The notes under the pieces were generated by a model. It saw only the letters and a list, made by a program, of their open reading frames with translations. It was not told the origin of the DNA and searched no databases. Below, piece by piece: positions 28,810 to 39,310 of a DNA stretch of 64,000 nucleotides. Numbering within the stretch: position 1 is the first letter of the stretch; the number at the start of each line of letters is the position of its first letter. The position numbers were made by a program, and so were the translations under genes. This DNA comes from an uncultured delta proteobacterium (lineage in GTDB: Bacteria > Desulfobacterota > Binatia > UBA9968), in assembly GCA_963760795.1 (NCBI GenBank), contig CAVXEP010000032.1:160001-224000 (forward strand). Direction: 5' to 3'.

Positions 28810-31638
28810 ATGAATGAACCGCGCCTGCCGCTAAATCCGGACGCTTTGAAACTAGAGCCTAATGGCTTGGTCAATTATCCGCCAGTGGAAAAGTGGGACG
28901 ACTGGATGGAGTACGACACGGCGCAGTGGCCGCGCAAGGTCGAGAAGCATTGCCGAATTATCCCGACGATTTGCTTCAATTGCGAAGCCGCTTGCGGCCT
29001 GGTTGCTGTGGTCGAAAAAGACACTAACAAGATCCGCCGCTTCGAGGGCAATCCCGAGCATCCCGGCAGCCGCGGCCGCAACTGCGCCAAAGGGCCGGCG
29101 ACGCTCAATCAAGTGAACGATCCCGAGCGTATTCGTTATCCGTTAAAACGTGTCGGCAAGCGCGGCGAAGGCAAGTGGGAGCGGGTCGGTTGGGACGAAG
29201 TGCTCGACGACATCGCCGGCCGGGTGCGCAAGGCGCTGCAAGAAGAGCGGCGCAATGAAATCATGTACCATGTCGGCCGGCCCGGCCATGAGTTGCTCTA
29301 CCATCAGCGCATCCTTCATTCTTGGGGAATCGACGGCCACAATAGCCATACCAACGTTTGTTCCGCCGGCGCCCGCGCCGGCTACGCCTTCTGGTCCGGT
29401 ATCGACCGGCCATCGCCGGATCATGCCAATGCGCGTTTCATTTTGCTCCTGAGCTCGCACCTGGAGACCGGCCACTATTTCAATCCCCATGCGCAGCGGA
29501 TCATCGAAGCCAAGGAAGGTGGCACCAAGATCTGCGTCATCGACACAAGGCTTTCCAACACCGCGTCCAAGGCGGATTACTGGATGTCGACCTGGCCGGG
29601 CAGCGAGTCCGCCGTGCTCCTGGCGATGTGCAATGTCTTACTGCAGGAGGATCTCTTCGACCGCGAATTTTTGCGCCGCTGGGTCAACTGGGAAGACTAT
29701 TTGCGCGAAGAGTATCCCGACCAGCCGCATAATTTTTCCAGCTTCGTCACTGTGCTCAAAGAAGTCTATGGCCAGTACACGCCGGAGTTCGCCGCCAAGG
29801 AAGCCGGCGTCGAGCCGGGCGTGATCGTCGAAGTGGCGCACGAGGTCGCCAAGGCCGGTTCGGCATTCGCTTCCCATGTCTGGCGCAATACCGCGGCCGG
29901 CAACCTCGGCGGCTGGCAAGTCGCCCGGGCGCTGCAATTTCTCTCCGTCTTAGTCGGCGCCGTCGGAACTGTCGGCGGCACCGCGCCCAACGCGGCGAAT
30001 AAATTCATTCCCGCGCCGCCGCTGATGCCGCCGCCGTCCAAAGTCTGGAACGAGCTGCTGATTCCCAAAGAGTTTCCCCTGGCGTTTTTCGAGATGAGTT
30101 TCTTGCTGCCGCATTTTCTCAAGGAAGGGCGCGGCAAGTTGGCGATGTATTTCACCCGGGTCTACAACCCGGTGTGGACCAATCCCGACGGCATGAGTTG
30201 GATCGAAATGCTTTCGGATGAAAGCAAGGTCGAGCGCCACGCTTGTTTGACACCGACCTGGAGCGAGACCGCTTGGTTCGCCGATTATGTCTTGCCGATG
30301 GGCCATGCTTCCGAGCGCCATGACTTGATGAGCCAGGAAACCCAGGCGGCGCGCTGGATTGGTTTTCGCCAGCCGATTTTACGTGTCGCTCTGGAGAAGC
30401 AGGGCAAGAAGTTCAATACGACCTACGAGGCGCACGAAGCCGCCGGCATCGGCGAGGTGTGGGAGGAAGACGAGTTCTGGATCGAACTGTCCTGGCGCGT
30501 CGATCCTGACGGTAGCCTCGGCATCCGTAAATATTTTGAGTCGCCCTACGATCCCGGCAAGAAGATGACGGTGGATGATTACTATCGCTGGATCTTCGAG
30601 AACAGCGTGCCGGGGTTGCCACAGGCGGCGGCCAAGCAGGGACTCAAGCCGCTGGAGTACATGCGCAAGTACGGCGCATTTTTGATCGAAGACAACGTCT
30701 ACAAAGTCCACGAAGCCGCGGTGAAAAGCGCCGATCTCGCCGACTCGACGGTGGATGCCGCAACCAAGGTCGTGGCCAAAAATGGCGCGGTGCTGGGCGT
30801 CGAGATCGACGGCAAAGCGGTGGTTGGCTTTCCGACGCCGTCGCGCAAGCTCGAATTTTTTTCCAAGACGATCAAGGATTGGAAATGGCCCGAGCATGCG
30901 ATCCCCGGCTATATCAAGAGCCATGTCCATCCGGACAATATCGATATCAACGCCGGTGAAATGCTATTGCTGCCGACCTTTCGCTTGCCGACGCTGATTC
31001 ACACCCGCTCGGGCAATGCCAAGTGGCTGTACGAAATCTCCAACCGCAATCCGCTGTGGTTGAACTCCAAAGACGCCCAGAACTTCGACGTGAAAACCGG
31101 CGATCTGCTGAAAGTGAATACCGAGATCGGCTACTTCATCGATAAAGTTTGGGTCACCGAAGGGATCAAGCCCGGCGTCATCGCCTGCTCGCATCATCTC
31201 GGGCGCTGGCGCTTGCAGGAAGATGCCGGCGGCGAGCGCTGGTCGACGGCATTGGTGGACTTGAAACAAATGGGCGAAGGCAAGTGGATGATGCGGACGA
31301 TCCACGGCATCCAGCCGTTCAAGAGCGACGATCCCGATTCGTCGCGCATCTTCTGGCAAGACGGCGGCGTGCATCAGAACTTGACGTTTCCCGTGCAGCC
31401 CGATTTCATCAGCGGCCAGCACTGCTGGCATCAAAAGGTTCGCATCACCAAGCCCGGCCCCGACGACAAGTACGGCGATGTCTTCGTCGACACCAACAAG
31501 TCCCACGAGGTTTACAAAAAATGGATGCTCAAGACCCGCCCCGCGCCAGGGCCGGACAACCTGCGCCGGCCGCTTTGGCTGCCGCGATCGTATAAACCGG
31601 CGCCGGAGGCGTATTATTTCAAGAAGGATGAGGGATGA
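28810..31638 (+). CDS. Molybdopterin (bis-PGD) oxidoreductase catalytic subunit
   Basis: CFNCEAAC..RGRNCAKG FS0 motif, RIRYPLKR, HTNVCS, ADYVLP, C-terminal dinucleotide-binding domain; no Tat signal. Confidence 0.9.
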   Translation: MNEPRLPLNPDALKLEPNGLVNYPPVEKWDDWMEYDTAQWPRKVEKHCRIIPTICFNCEAACGLVAVVEKDTNKIRRFEGNPEHPGSRGRNCAKGPATLNQVNDPERIRYPLKRVGKRGEGKWERVGWDEVLDDIAGRVRKALQEERRNEIMYHVGRPGHELLYHQRILHSWGIDGHNSHTNVCSAGARAGYAFWSGIDRPSPDHANARFILLLSSHLETGHYFNPHAQRIIEAKEGGTKICVIDTRLSNTASKADYWMSTWPGSESAVLLAMCNVLLQEDLFDREFLRRWVNWEDYLREEYPDQPHNFSSFVTVLKEVYGQYTPEFAAKEAGVEPGVIVEVAHEVAKAGSAFASHVWRNTAAGNLGGWQVARALQFLSVLVGAVGTVGGTAPNAANKFIPAPPLMPPPSKVWNELLIPKEFPLAFFEMSFLLPHFLKEGRGKLAMYFTRVYNPVWTNPDGMSWIEMLSDESKVERHACLTPTWSETAWFADYVLPMGHASERHDLMSQETQAARWIGFRQPILRVALEKQGKKFNTTYEAHEAAGIGEVWEEDEFWIELSWRVDPDGSLGIRKYFESPYDPGKKMTVDDYYRWIFENSVPGLPQAAAKQGLKPLEYMRKYGAFLIEDNVYKVHEAAVKSADLADSTVDAATKVVAKNGAVLGVEIDGKAVVGFPTPSRKLEFFSKTIKDWKWPEHAIPGYIKSHVHPDNIDINAGEMLLLPTFRLPTLIHTRSGNAKWLYEISNRNPLWLNSKDAQNFDVKTGDLLKVNTEIGYFIDKVWVTEGIKPGVIACSHHLGRWRLQEDAGGERWSTALVDLKQMGEGKWMMRTIHGIQPFKSDDPDSSRIFWQDGGVHQNLTFPVQPDFISGQHCWHQKVRITKPGPDDKYGDVFVDTNKSHEVYKKWMLKTRPAPGPDNLRRPLWLPRSYKPAPEAYYFKKDEG

Positions 31639-31717
31639 ACGTCGAAATAAGCCTCGGTCGGAATTTAGCCGCAAAGAACGCAAAAAACTCAAAGTAAAAC
31701 CAAAGAAGAAAATCGAG

Positions 31718-31741
31718 GGTAGGGGCGTATTGCATACGCCC
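31718..31741 (+). repeat. GTAG-type REP
   Basis: GTAGGGGCGTATTGCATACGCCC. Confidence 0.65.
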
Positions 31742-31818
31742 TTGGATGGAAGATGCGCACGATATGTTGACCGCCCAGGACTTCCCATAATGATTCGTTT
31801 TGCCGCGGTATACGCGCG

Positions 31819-31887
31819 AGTCCTGACTATCGGCGCGTGATCCGCGACCGGGCCGCTAGCCCCTGCTCCTTGAACCATGCAGCGACC
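31819..31887. repeat. About 69-bp imperfect direct repeat (copy 2 at 35293-35360, the 3' end of the TIR gene)
   Basis: Hand alignment: 7 mismatches and 1 indel; minus strand encodes VAAWFKEQGL.ARSR in both copies. Confidence 0.85.
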
Positions 31888-32139
31888 TTGTCTCGGTGTT
31901 GAAAAACGACTCGTTTGACTTGTCGGTCCGTTCGCTGTCCAGCGCCGCGTCGATTTCGTCGAGTTCGTCCTCGGCGAGCGGATCGAAGCCCAGCAAAAGC
32001 GCGCATATCGACTGTTGCTGATCTCCAAATTCAAATCGAGCAAGGGGTTGACTAGTCGTTCGTTCAAAGCGTCGTCAGCTCGGGCCGGCAGTCGGTGCTC
32101 CGACCGCGTCTTAACCGCTGCGAAGGCAACTTTCGTAAT

Positions 32140-32235
32140 GGGAAATCTCAGTACATAGGGCGAAATCGTCAAGCCGACCTGCTTGGCCACCTTGTGATGG
32201 ATGACCAGATCGAACTTAGTGGGAGGTCCGACCGG
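32140..32235 (-). pseudogene. C-terminal remnant of an ABC_sub_bind-type substrate-binding protein
   Basis: PPTKFDLVIHHKVAKQVGLTISPYVL resembles the family tail PTKFELVINLKTAKQIGLTIPPNVL. Confidence 0.65.
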
Positions 32236-32238
32236 ATC

Positions 32239-33861
32239 TCAGCAGTATTGGCGACTCGAGGATCTCATGTTGCGCGAGATGGTGTGCTTGTTGGACTGCG
32301 AGCGCTTGAAGGGCGAGGCACCTTCAGCTGTTTCAAGCGGTCTGTGCGCCTGGTAGACAACGACACAGTCACCCCCGGCATGCTTGGCGTCATACATGGC
32401 CTTGTCCGCGGCTTGGAGCAATTCAGCAGCCGTGGAACCATGTTCTGGCGCGCTGGCAATGCCGGCCGATATTGTTATGTCTGGTCTTGGAGCGCCGTTC
32501 TGAGTAGGTAATTCTGCGACCAGAGCAAGTATCTGCTCCATGCGTTGCTCGGTGTCCGCCACCGATGAATCGGGCAGCACCACAACGAACTCGTCGCCCC
32601 CATAGCGGCACGAGATATCGCTCTTGCGCAGCTTATCGCGGATCATGTTTCCCAATTGGCGTAAAAGCGAATCGCCGGCATCATGGCCGAAAGTGTCGTT
32701 GAATGGTTTGAAGTTGTCGAGGTCGAGCATCACGACACAGAGCGGCGATTTGCTACGCCTTCCTCGATGCAACTCGCGCGATAGGCTTTCGTCTAAATAG
32801 CGCCGATTGCACATGCCGGTCAGCGGATCATGGGTCGCCTGTTCTCGCAATTCGTCTCTTAGCCTCAAACTATACAAGCACTGCTTGATCGTTTGTCCCG
32901 CAGTCACGGCCACGCGTTGCCTAGCGCTCGAACCCACCGTTCCCAGCCCGCCAGTTAGATACAACAGTCCGCTGGTTCCGCTCGCGACTATCAAAGGTAC
33001 GCACAAATAACCTGCCTGTGGATCATGGACAAAGTGATGGCACAGTAAATCCACCCGGGGATCGCTCACTTCGTGCAATTTACCGCGCCGTAACGCCCAA
33101 CAATCCTCTAATGAAAAACTGGGCACTAGCGCTGTCTCATCGCCCCAACGCGCGACCGTCTCCATGGTTTGATCCCTGGGATGCAACATGGCCAAACAAC
33201 CACTCTCCCCGGCGAATAATTCGGGTGCCACGAGAGCAACCACCTGATAGGCCTCGGCCTGGGTTGTGCAGCTTTGCAGCAGCTCGTTGAGATGGATGAG
33301 CGACTTCATTTCCTCGTCGCGTTTTAGCAATTGCGCCACTGAAGCGCGCAACTCCCCGTTGGCTGTCCTTATAATCTCCTCGTTCCGACGGCGGGCCGTG
33401 ACATCGCGGATGTGACATTGGATCTCGTGGCAGTCATTGACCAGGTAGACATTGCCGACAAATTCCACCTGGATGTGTTGTCCGCTTTTGGTTTCCAACG
33501 GCAAATTTTCGTAACGGACGTATTCCTTGTTTTGCAATTGGCGCATAACGTCCTGGGTGGCGTTAATATCTTTGACCGGGCCGATCTCCCAGAGGGCCTT
33601 GCCAAGCAACTCCTGCAGACTATATCCCAGCATGTCTTGCAGGAATGGGTTGGCGTCGGTGATCCGTCCCGTATCCCCATCCAAGATAATGATGCCATCC
33701 TTGGCCGTCTCGAAAAGTCGCCGGTAGCGAGTTTCGCTATCGTGCGACTTGTTGCGCTTCCTATTTCGCTCAATGACTATCTCGGTCTCTTCCAATGTAG
33801 GACTCCCTTTTCGGCAAGAGCAATGTGCCGTAGAACAAATCATCGGATTCACTGCCGGCAT
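32239..33861 (-). CDS. PAS-GAF-GGDEF diguanylate cyclase
   Basis: YRRLFETAKDGI PAS, GAF (CWALRRG), HDPLTG..NRR, DLDNFK.FND, RKSD..RYGGDEF (RxxD I-site); start uncertain. Confidence 0.9.
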   Translation of the reverse strand: MPAVNPMICSTAHCSCRKGSPTLEETEIVIERNRKRNKSHDSETRYRRLFETAKDGIIILDGDTGRITDANPFLQDMLGYSLQELLGKALWEIGPVKDINATQDVMRQLQNKEYVRYENLPLETKSGQHIQVEFVGNVYLVNDCHEIQCHIRDVTARRRNEEIIRTANGELRASVAQLLKRDEEMKSLIHLNELLQSCTTQAEAYQVVALVAPELFAGESGCLAMLHPRDQTMETVARWGDETALVPSFSLEDCWALRRGKLHEVSDPRVDLLCHHFVHDPQAGYLCVPLIVASGTSGLLYLTGGLGTVGSSARQRVAVTAGQTIKQCLYSLRLRDELREQATHDPLTGMCNRRYLDESLSRELHRGRRSKSPLCVVMLDLDNFKPFNDTFGHDAGDSLLRQLGNMIRDKLRKSDISCRYGGDEFVVVLPDSSVADTEQRMEQILALVAELPTQNGAPRPDITISAGIASAPEHGSTAAELLQAADKAMYDAKHAGGDCVVVYQAHRPLETAEGASPFKRSQSNKHTISRNMRSSSRQYC

Positions 33862-34520
33862 ATTTGAGTGGACTGTTTTCTCCCCAGTACGAGTCTATAT
33901 GGTTGCCCAACGCAAGTGCTGGTCCAAAGAGGAAACTCAGCAGCATTTATCGCAAACCGCTAATTTTTTTAGGATAGAAAAGCAGTTAAGGGGCGTGCTG
34001 TACGCTCAGATCTGAAGGAACCTACAGAGATAAACTGGCCGCATAGAAGGAGGTAACAGTTGACTTGGTGATGTCAGTTACGTCCGCTTCAGAGCACTGT
34101 TATTCCTTTTGTCTCCATCCTGAGTGTCGTGAATGTGTCGGAAATTTCCTCTAGCATTCTCTCCTGCTGTAAGTTTTGGGTCGGAAAAAGCATCAGCCGC
34201 TTCACATATTTTTCAGAAAAAAACTATCGGACTACGCAGACTTCAATTCCGTAACCGTGATCAGTAGGATGTGCCACAGAATAAAGCGGTGTCCCAATAC
34301 TGAGGCAAAAAAATATAAACTCTGCTCCAGCCGTGGGACAAATCGCCAAGTTCAAATCTAAGGCAACGCAACGAATTATGCTAACCTTTCCAACTATCGA
34401 CACCAATAGAATTCCGATGTAACCGCACCGACACGCGCCGCTTTTTAGGTTCAACCGGGGACTTGCGCCGCTGTTACGACGAAGAGCGGCGGGATTGGGA
34501 AGGAGACTCACCAATCGATT

Positions 34521-34943
34521 TTACAAGTGGTAGATTACCGCGGTTGAAAAGGAAATTGCGACGTTGCACTGGCTTCGTATATGCTTTCGCAGCAGGGTTT
34601 CTAGCTCGGAGAATTTAAACGGCTTGTGCAAAACTTCTACGGCGCCGGCTACGATGGCTCGGTTTACTCTGCGGCTGGCATCGTAAGCCGTACAGATAAT
34701 AACCGGTATCTCCCTTGTAGAAGGTAGATTTTTTAACTGCACGATTGCCTCCTCACCACTCATTTTGGGCATACTTAGGTCCATTAGGATGAGGTCGGGT
34801 TTCTCAGCGAGTGCCTCCTCTATTGCTGCAGCTCCATTGTCGGCCTCAATCACCTCATACCCCAGACGCCTGATGACGACGGCCTGTAGCTCTCGGCAAT
34901 CCTCATTGTCTTCGACTATAAGAATTTTTTTGTTGGTGTTCAC
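34521..34943 (-). CDS. Single-domain response regulator (CheY/DivK-like receiver)
   Basis: ILIVEDN, PDLILMDLSMP, ICTA, KPF. Confidence 0.9.
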   Translation of the reverse strand: MNTNKKILIVEDNEDCRELQAVVIRRLGYEVIEADNGAAAIEEALAEKPDLILMDLSMPKMSGEEAIVQLKNLPSTREIPVIICTAYDASRRVNRAIVAGAVEVLHKPFKFSELETLLRKHIRSQCNVAISFSTAVIYHL

Positions 34944-34960
34944 TCACGAATGTGAAACAA

Positions 34961-34975
34961 GCAGTAATTATGCCG
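34961..34975 (-). promoter_or_regulatory. Possible sigma-54 promoter for the receiver gene
   Basis: Minus strand CGGCATAATTACTGC (GG-N10-GC); close to the start codon. Confidence 0.3.
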
Positions 34976-35311
34976 TACAAGACTACTGGTTGCTCAACGC
35001 TACGGTGCATGGTGCAGTACTCACTCCTGAAATCTAAATTTTAGAGTTGTTGCCGAGGCCAAATCTCGCCGTCGACGAGCGTGCCGGTCGGCAGAAGTTC
35101 ACCTGCCTTGGCAATTGCTGGGAACTGAGACGTAGGGCATTCCCTCTGCGCGACCATAGACTCACACCGGCGCGGGATTTGACCGCGATCACGAGTGACA
35201 AAGTAAGGGGGGACAAAAACAGAGAGTCTGGCTAGCGGCTAAGTTGCGGGAGTTACAGCGCCGCTGCCGAGTGCCTTAATCCATATCTGAAAAGTCCTGA
35301 CTATCGGCGGG

Positions 35312-36253
35312 TTACCGCGACCGGGCGGTTAACCCTTGCTCCTTGAACCACGCAGCGACCGCTTGCCGTAGACTCGCGCTTCGCAGCGCGCCGCCGACGA
35401 TGTCGAAGGTGTTGGCGAGTTTTCCCGCCAAATCCGCGCGGCTGTGCTTGAATCCACTGCTGCGCATGAGAGCGACGGGGTGGTCCAGAGCTTTCATGAA
35501 ACCGTACTCGAGGGCGACGTTAGGATTCAATTCGCTGGCGACCTCGTCCTCCAGGACGGCGATCCCATACTTGGAACCGATGATGTACACACAGATGTTT
35601 TCCCAAAGCTGGTCGTGATAGCCCTGCAGGTCGGCTCGTCTCGCCTCGAGGCCGTGGCGGGCCGCCTGGGAGCTGATCACCTCCCAGACATCGTTGAGGA
35701 GCCGGATATGCCGTGCCGGCATACTCGTCTTGTCTGGGAATTTCATCATGACGAAGACGTTGCGCTCGAACGGAGAGTCTTCGCAGAAGCGGCGGACTTG
35801 TGGGCTAAGGTGCTCGTACCCTGATGGCACGGTAACACCAAGCAGGGCAGCTGAGCGTCGGAGGTGAGCCGTAACCGCCTCGTCGATCTTTTTGACGGCC
35901 TTGCGGATCTCACGTGTTGAGCTCGAAGGAATGCGAATGGCGTAGATGTCCTGAACCACCGGGTGAATAGGCAGGTCACCGACAATCACTGGAATGAGGA
36001 AGCGGCGCGACGATGCACGCGCCGAACCGATCTCGGAAAACACAAACGGGGAGCCCACCGCGTTCGCGGTTAATAGCACCACGACGCCGTCGCAGAGCAG
36101 CAACTTGTCCATCAGCTCCCGCCGCCACTCGATTCCCGGCACCAACGAATCGACGTCAATAGCGATCTGATGGCCAAAAGCACGGAGCTGCGCTGTCAGC
36201 TGCAACGCAAGGTGGCGATCCCTCGAGCTATAAGTGATGTACAGACGGGCCAT
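35312..36253 (-). CDS. TIR-domain protein fused to a second TIR-like/nucleoside 2-deoxyribosyltransferase-like domain
   Basis: GGAGG RBS; YITYSSRD..W..EL..S.FV.SEIG (TIR_2), then VFVMMKF..RAD..NPNVALEYGF..AL..ADL. Confidence 0.8.
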   Translation of the reverse strand: MARLYITYSSRDRHLALQLTAQLRAFGHQIAIDVDSLVPGIEWRRELMDKLLLCDGVVVLLTANAVGSPFVFSEIGSARASSRRFLIPVIVGDLPIHPVVQDIYAIRIPSSSTREIRKAVKKIDEAVTAHLRRSAALLGVTVPSGYEHLSPQVRRFCEDSPFERNVFVMMKFPDKTSMPARHIRLLNDVWEVISSQAARHGLEARRADLQGYHDQLWENICVYIIGSKYGIAVLEDEVASELNPNVALEYGFMKALDHPVALMRSSGFKHSRADLAGKLANTFDIVGGALRSASLRQAVAAWFKEQGLTARSR

Positions 36254-36435
36254 CGTGCCCTCCAATCGGCAATGGCATTTCGCTGCGATCGATGACTGAA
36301 TGCTTCGACAAGCCACCGCGTCGGCGGCCGATGGCCCGGCGGCATTGACACCGCTCTAGGCTAACAACTGTCCATCCACGTTCACTCGGGTCATGACGAT
36401 ATCGCCTATTCGCGCGGACCGGCCGCTCTCCCGAC

Positions 36436-38317
36436 TCATAAATCCAACGCCAACCGCTTCTCCCGGCAGTAGTTCGAAATCGCTTCAAGGAATGGCTGTC
36501 CGATATCCGCTAGTTTCTTTTCACCGACGCCGCGAATATTCAGCAGTGCGCTAGCGGAGCCCGGCCGCGTGCGCGCCATGTCGCGCAATGTTGCGTCGTT
36601 GAATAGGACGTAGGCCGGCACGCCGCGTTGATCGGCGAGCTTTCGACGCAAAGCCCGCAGCGCTTCAAATAAACCTTCGTCGACATTTGCCCAGGACTGC
36701 TCGTCGAAGCGAGTCTTCTTCACCTTCGCTTTGATTTTCGGCTGCAAAAGCTTGACGGTGCGTTGGCCTTTGAGTACTTCCCGGGAGGCGTCGTTGAGGC
36801 GCAGCACGGGATAATCTTCGTCGGTGCGATCGAGCAGACCATTGTCGATGAGCTGGTAAAGCATGTTCGTCAAAGTTTTGCGGTCGGTGTCTTTCATCAA
36901 CCCATGGGTGCTGAGCTTTTCGTGTTCCCAGCGGCGCACTCGCTCGGTGTTGGCGCCTGCCAGGACATCGACGATATGGGCGATGCCGAAGCGTTCGCCG
37001 GCGCGGGCGACGCAGGAAAGGATCTTCTGCGCCGTCACTGTCGCGTCGGCGAGACCTTCGACTTCACTGAGACAGACATCACAGGCTTCGCAATTGGGTT
37101 TTGGGTAGGCTTGGCCAAAGTATTCAGACAGCTTGCTTATGGCGGCAGTGCGCAACGCCGCAGATCTGGCGCATGTGCTCGAGCAGTTGGCGCGAGGCGG
37201 CGATGGATTCCGGCGTCGCGTCCGCGTCGTTGGCGTTGCGCGCAATCAGCGAGTCCCAGCGCAGCACGTCGGCGGCGGAGTAGAGCAGCACGCACTCCGC
37301 TTCCAAACCGTCGCGGCCGGCGCGGCCGGTTTCCTGCTGGTAGTGCTCCACCGACTTCGGCATGGCGGCGTGGATGACGCAGCGCACGTCGCTGCGGTCG
37401 ATACCCATGCCGAAGGCGACGGTGGCGGCGACCACGTCGAGAGCTTCGGAAGCGAACTCTTCCTGGGTGCGCCGACGCTGGTCGGGTTCCATGCCGGCGT
37501 GATAATGGGCCGCGCGAATTTTATTGGATTGGAGAAATGACGCCATCGACTCGGTGTCGTTGCGGCTCAGGCAGTAAACGATCGCCGCCTGATTGGCGTG
37601 GCGCTGCAAGATTTCCAAAACTTGCGCGCGCGCGTCGACGCGCGGCACGATACGATAAACCAAGTTGGGCCGGTCGAAGGTGCCGACCAGCAGCTCGGGA
37701 TTGCGCAGTTTCAACTGCTGGGCGATGTCGAGGCGGACTCTTTCCGTAGCCGTCGCGGTGTAGGCATGCAGGCTGGCCTTGGGAAAATGTTTTTTCAGTT
37801 CGGCCAGGCGGCGGTATTCAGGTCTGAAGTCATGGCCCCAATGGCTGATGCAATGCGCTTCGTCGATGGCGAAGGCGTGAATTTTGATCTTCTCGGCGAG
37901 CTCCATGAAATGCGGCGTAAGCAAGCGCTCCGGCGCGACGAACAGCAAACGATAGCGCCCGGCGAGAAACTGCGCTTCGGTTTCGTGCACCGCGTGGGAC
38001 GGCATGCCGCTATAAAGCGCGGCGGCGGGATAGCCGCACTCGCGCAGGCCGTCGACCTGGTCTTTCATCAGCGAGATCAGCGGCGAAATAACAATATCGG
38101 TGCGCTTCGCCACGGCGGCGGGGATTTGGTAGCACAGCGACTTGCCGCCGCCGGTGGGCATGACGACCAGCGAGTCGCGGTGTGCCAACTCTGCCTGGAT
38201 CGCCTGCTCTTGCAGCGGCCGCAGCTCGTTGTAGCCCCAGTAGCGGCGCAGGGTCTCGAGGATGTCGGGATTTGTCGAATCTGTGGTTGATTGCTCGCGT
38301 TTCACACCATCATTCAA
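36436..38317 (-). CDS. recQ: ATP-dependent DNA helicase RecQ (+1 frameshift near 37133)
   Basis: MPTGGGKSLCYQ, DEAHCISHWGHDFRP, QETGRAGRDG, Zn domain CR..YFG..C..CDVC, RQC and HRDC (VPAYVLFNDATL). Confidence 0.92.
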
Positions 38318-38434
38318 AACACGAGATACGTCATAGAGTCAATGCAGTGAAGTTGAGGCAACGCGGATCAGCCAGCAGTAAGAATGAGATCGTGGAAAGC
38401 GATTGTGAATTTGGAATCTGCACTCTGAAATATT

Positions 38435-39145
38435 TCAGATCCCTTCCCCCGAGCCGCGTTGCCGGTAGATCGGCGTGCGGTTCCACTCCAACGCTTCCTG
38501 GATTTTGCGCGGCAGGGGAGGATGGCGCGAGGTCATGAACTGGATGAATTCGTCCCGCGAGGCGATGGTCAGGCGCGGATTTTTTTGTTTTTCGTCGCCG
38601 AGGGTCGACACCGCTTCGCGATAGTCGTGGCCGGGATAGACGCGCAGGTCGTTGCCTAGCGCTTGCAAGCGGCGCAGGCTGTCCCATTGCTGTTCGGCGC
38701 TGCCGCCGGGCAAATCTGTACGGCCGCAACCGCCGATGAGCAAGGTGTCGCCGGTGAAGATGCGGTCGTCGAACAGCAGGCACATGGCGTCTTGGGTATG
38801 ACCCGGTGTGTAGATGACTTTTAACCTCTGCGTGCCGAAGCGAATTTCCTCGCCGTCCTCGACTCTGATATCGACGTAAGGCGCGTCGGTGGCGCGATGC
38901 ATGATGACCTTGACGTCGTATCGTTCGCGCATAAGCTTGCAGGCCGAGTTGTGGTCGGCGTGGGTGTGGGTGTCGATGGCATAGACTAGTTTCGCCCCGA
39001 AGAATTTTACCAAACCGGCGTAGTCGTCGGCCTTATCGATCTCGGGGTCGATGACGATGCAAGTTTTTTCCTGGGCGCAACCGAGCACATAGGACAGGCA
39101 GCCGCTGGAGCGAATTTGTTCGAAGAGGATCTCGTTGCCACTCAT
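38435..39145 (-). CDS. MBL-fold persulfide dioxygenase (ETHE1-like)
   Basis: THTHADH, TPGHT, FTGDTLLIGGCGRTD, YPGHDY, EK.KNPRL. Confidence 0.8.
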   Translation of the reverse strand: MSGNEILFEQIRSSGCLSYVLGCAQEKTCIVIDPEIDKADDYAGLVKFFGAKLVYAIDTHTHADHNSACKLMRERYDVKVIMHRATDAPYVDIRVEDGEEIRFGTQRLKVIYTPGHTQDAMCLLFDDRIFTGDTLLIGGCGRTDLPGGSAEQQWDSLRRLQALGNDLRVYPGHDYREAVSTLGDEKQKNPRLTIASRDEFIQFMTSRHPPLPRKIQEALEWNRTPIYRQRGSGEGI

Positions 39146-39204
39146 TTGGATTTGTGGTTAGTCAGGTGTCTGTTTGATTAGTGTGTCGCGTGCGGTTTGC
39201 TTTG

Positions 39205-39276
39205 TTCACCACGAAGGCACCAAGATCACGAAGTTCGGAATTAAAATTATCCGAACCCTTCGTGTCTTCGTGGTTA
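39205..39276. repeat. Palindromic element family A (intergenic)
   Basis: TTCACCACGAAGGCACCAAGATCACGAAGTTCGGA..TCCGAACCCTTCGTGTCTTCGTGGTTAA. Confidence 0.85.
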
Positions 39277-39310
39277 AGACATCTTCACCATAAATCTGGA
39301 ATAACCAAAT

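Noticed and set aside
36350-36375. GTTAGCC on the minus strand upstream of the TIR gene as a possible integron attC/cassette boundary
   Set aside because: No complementary R''/L boxes or attC hairpin, and no integron integrase
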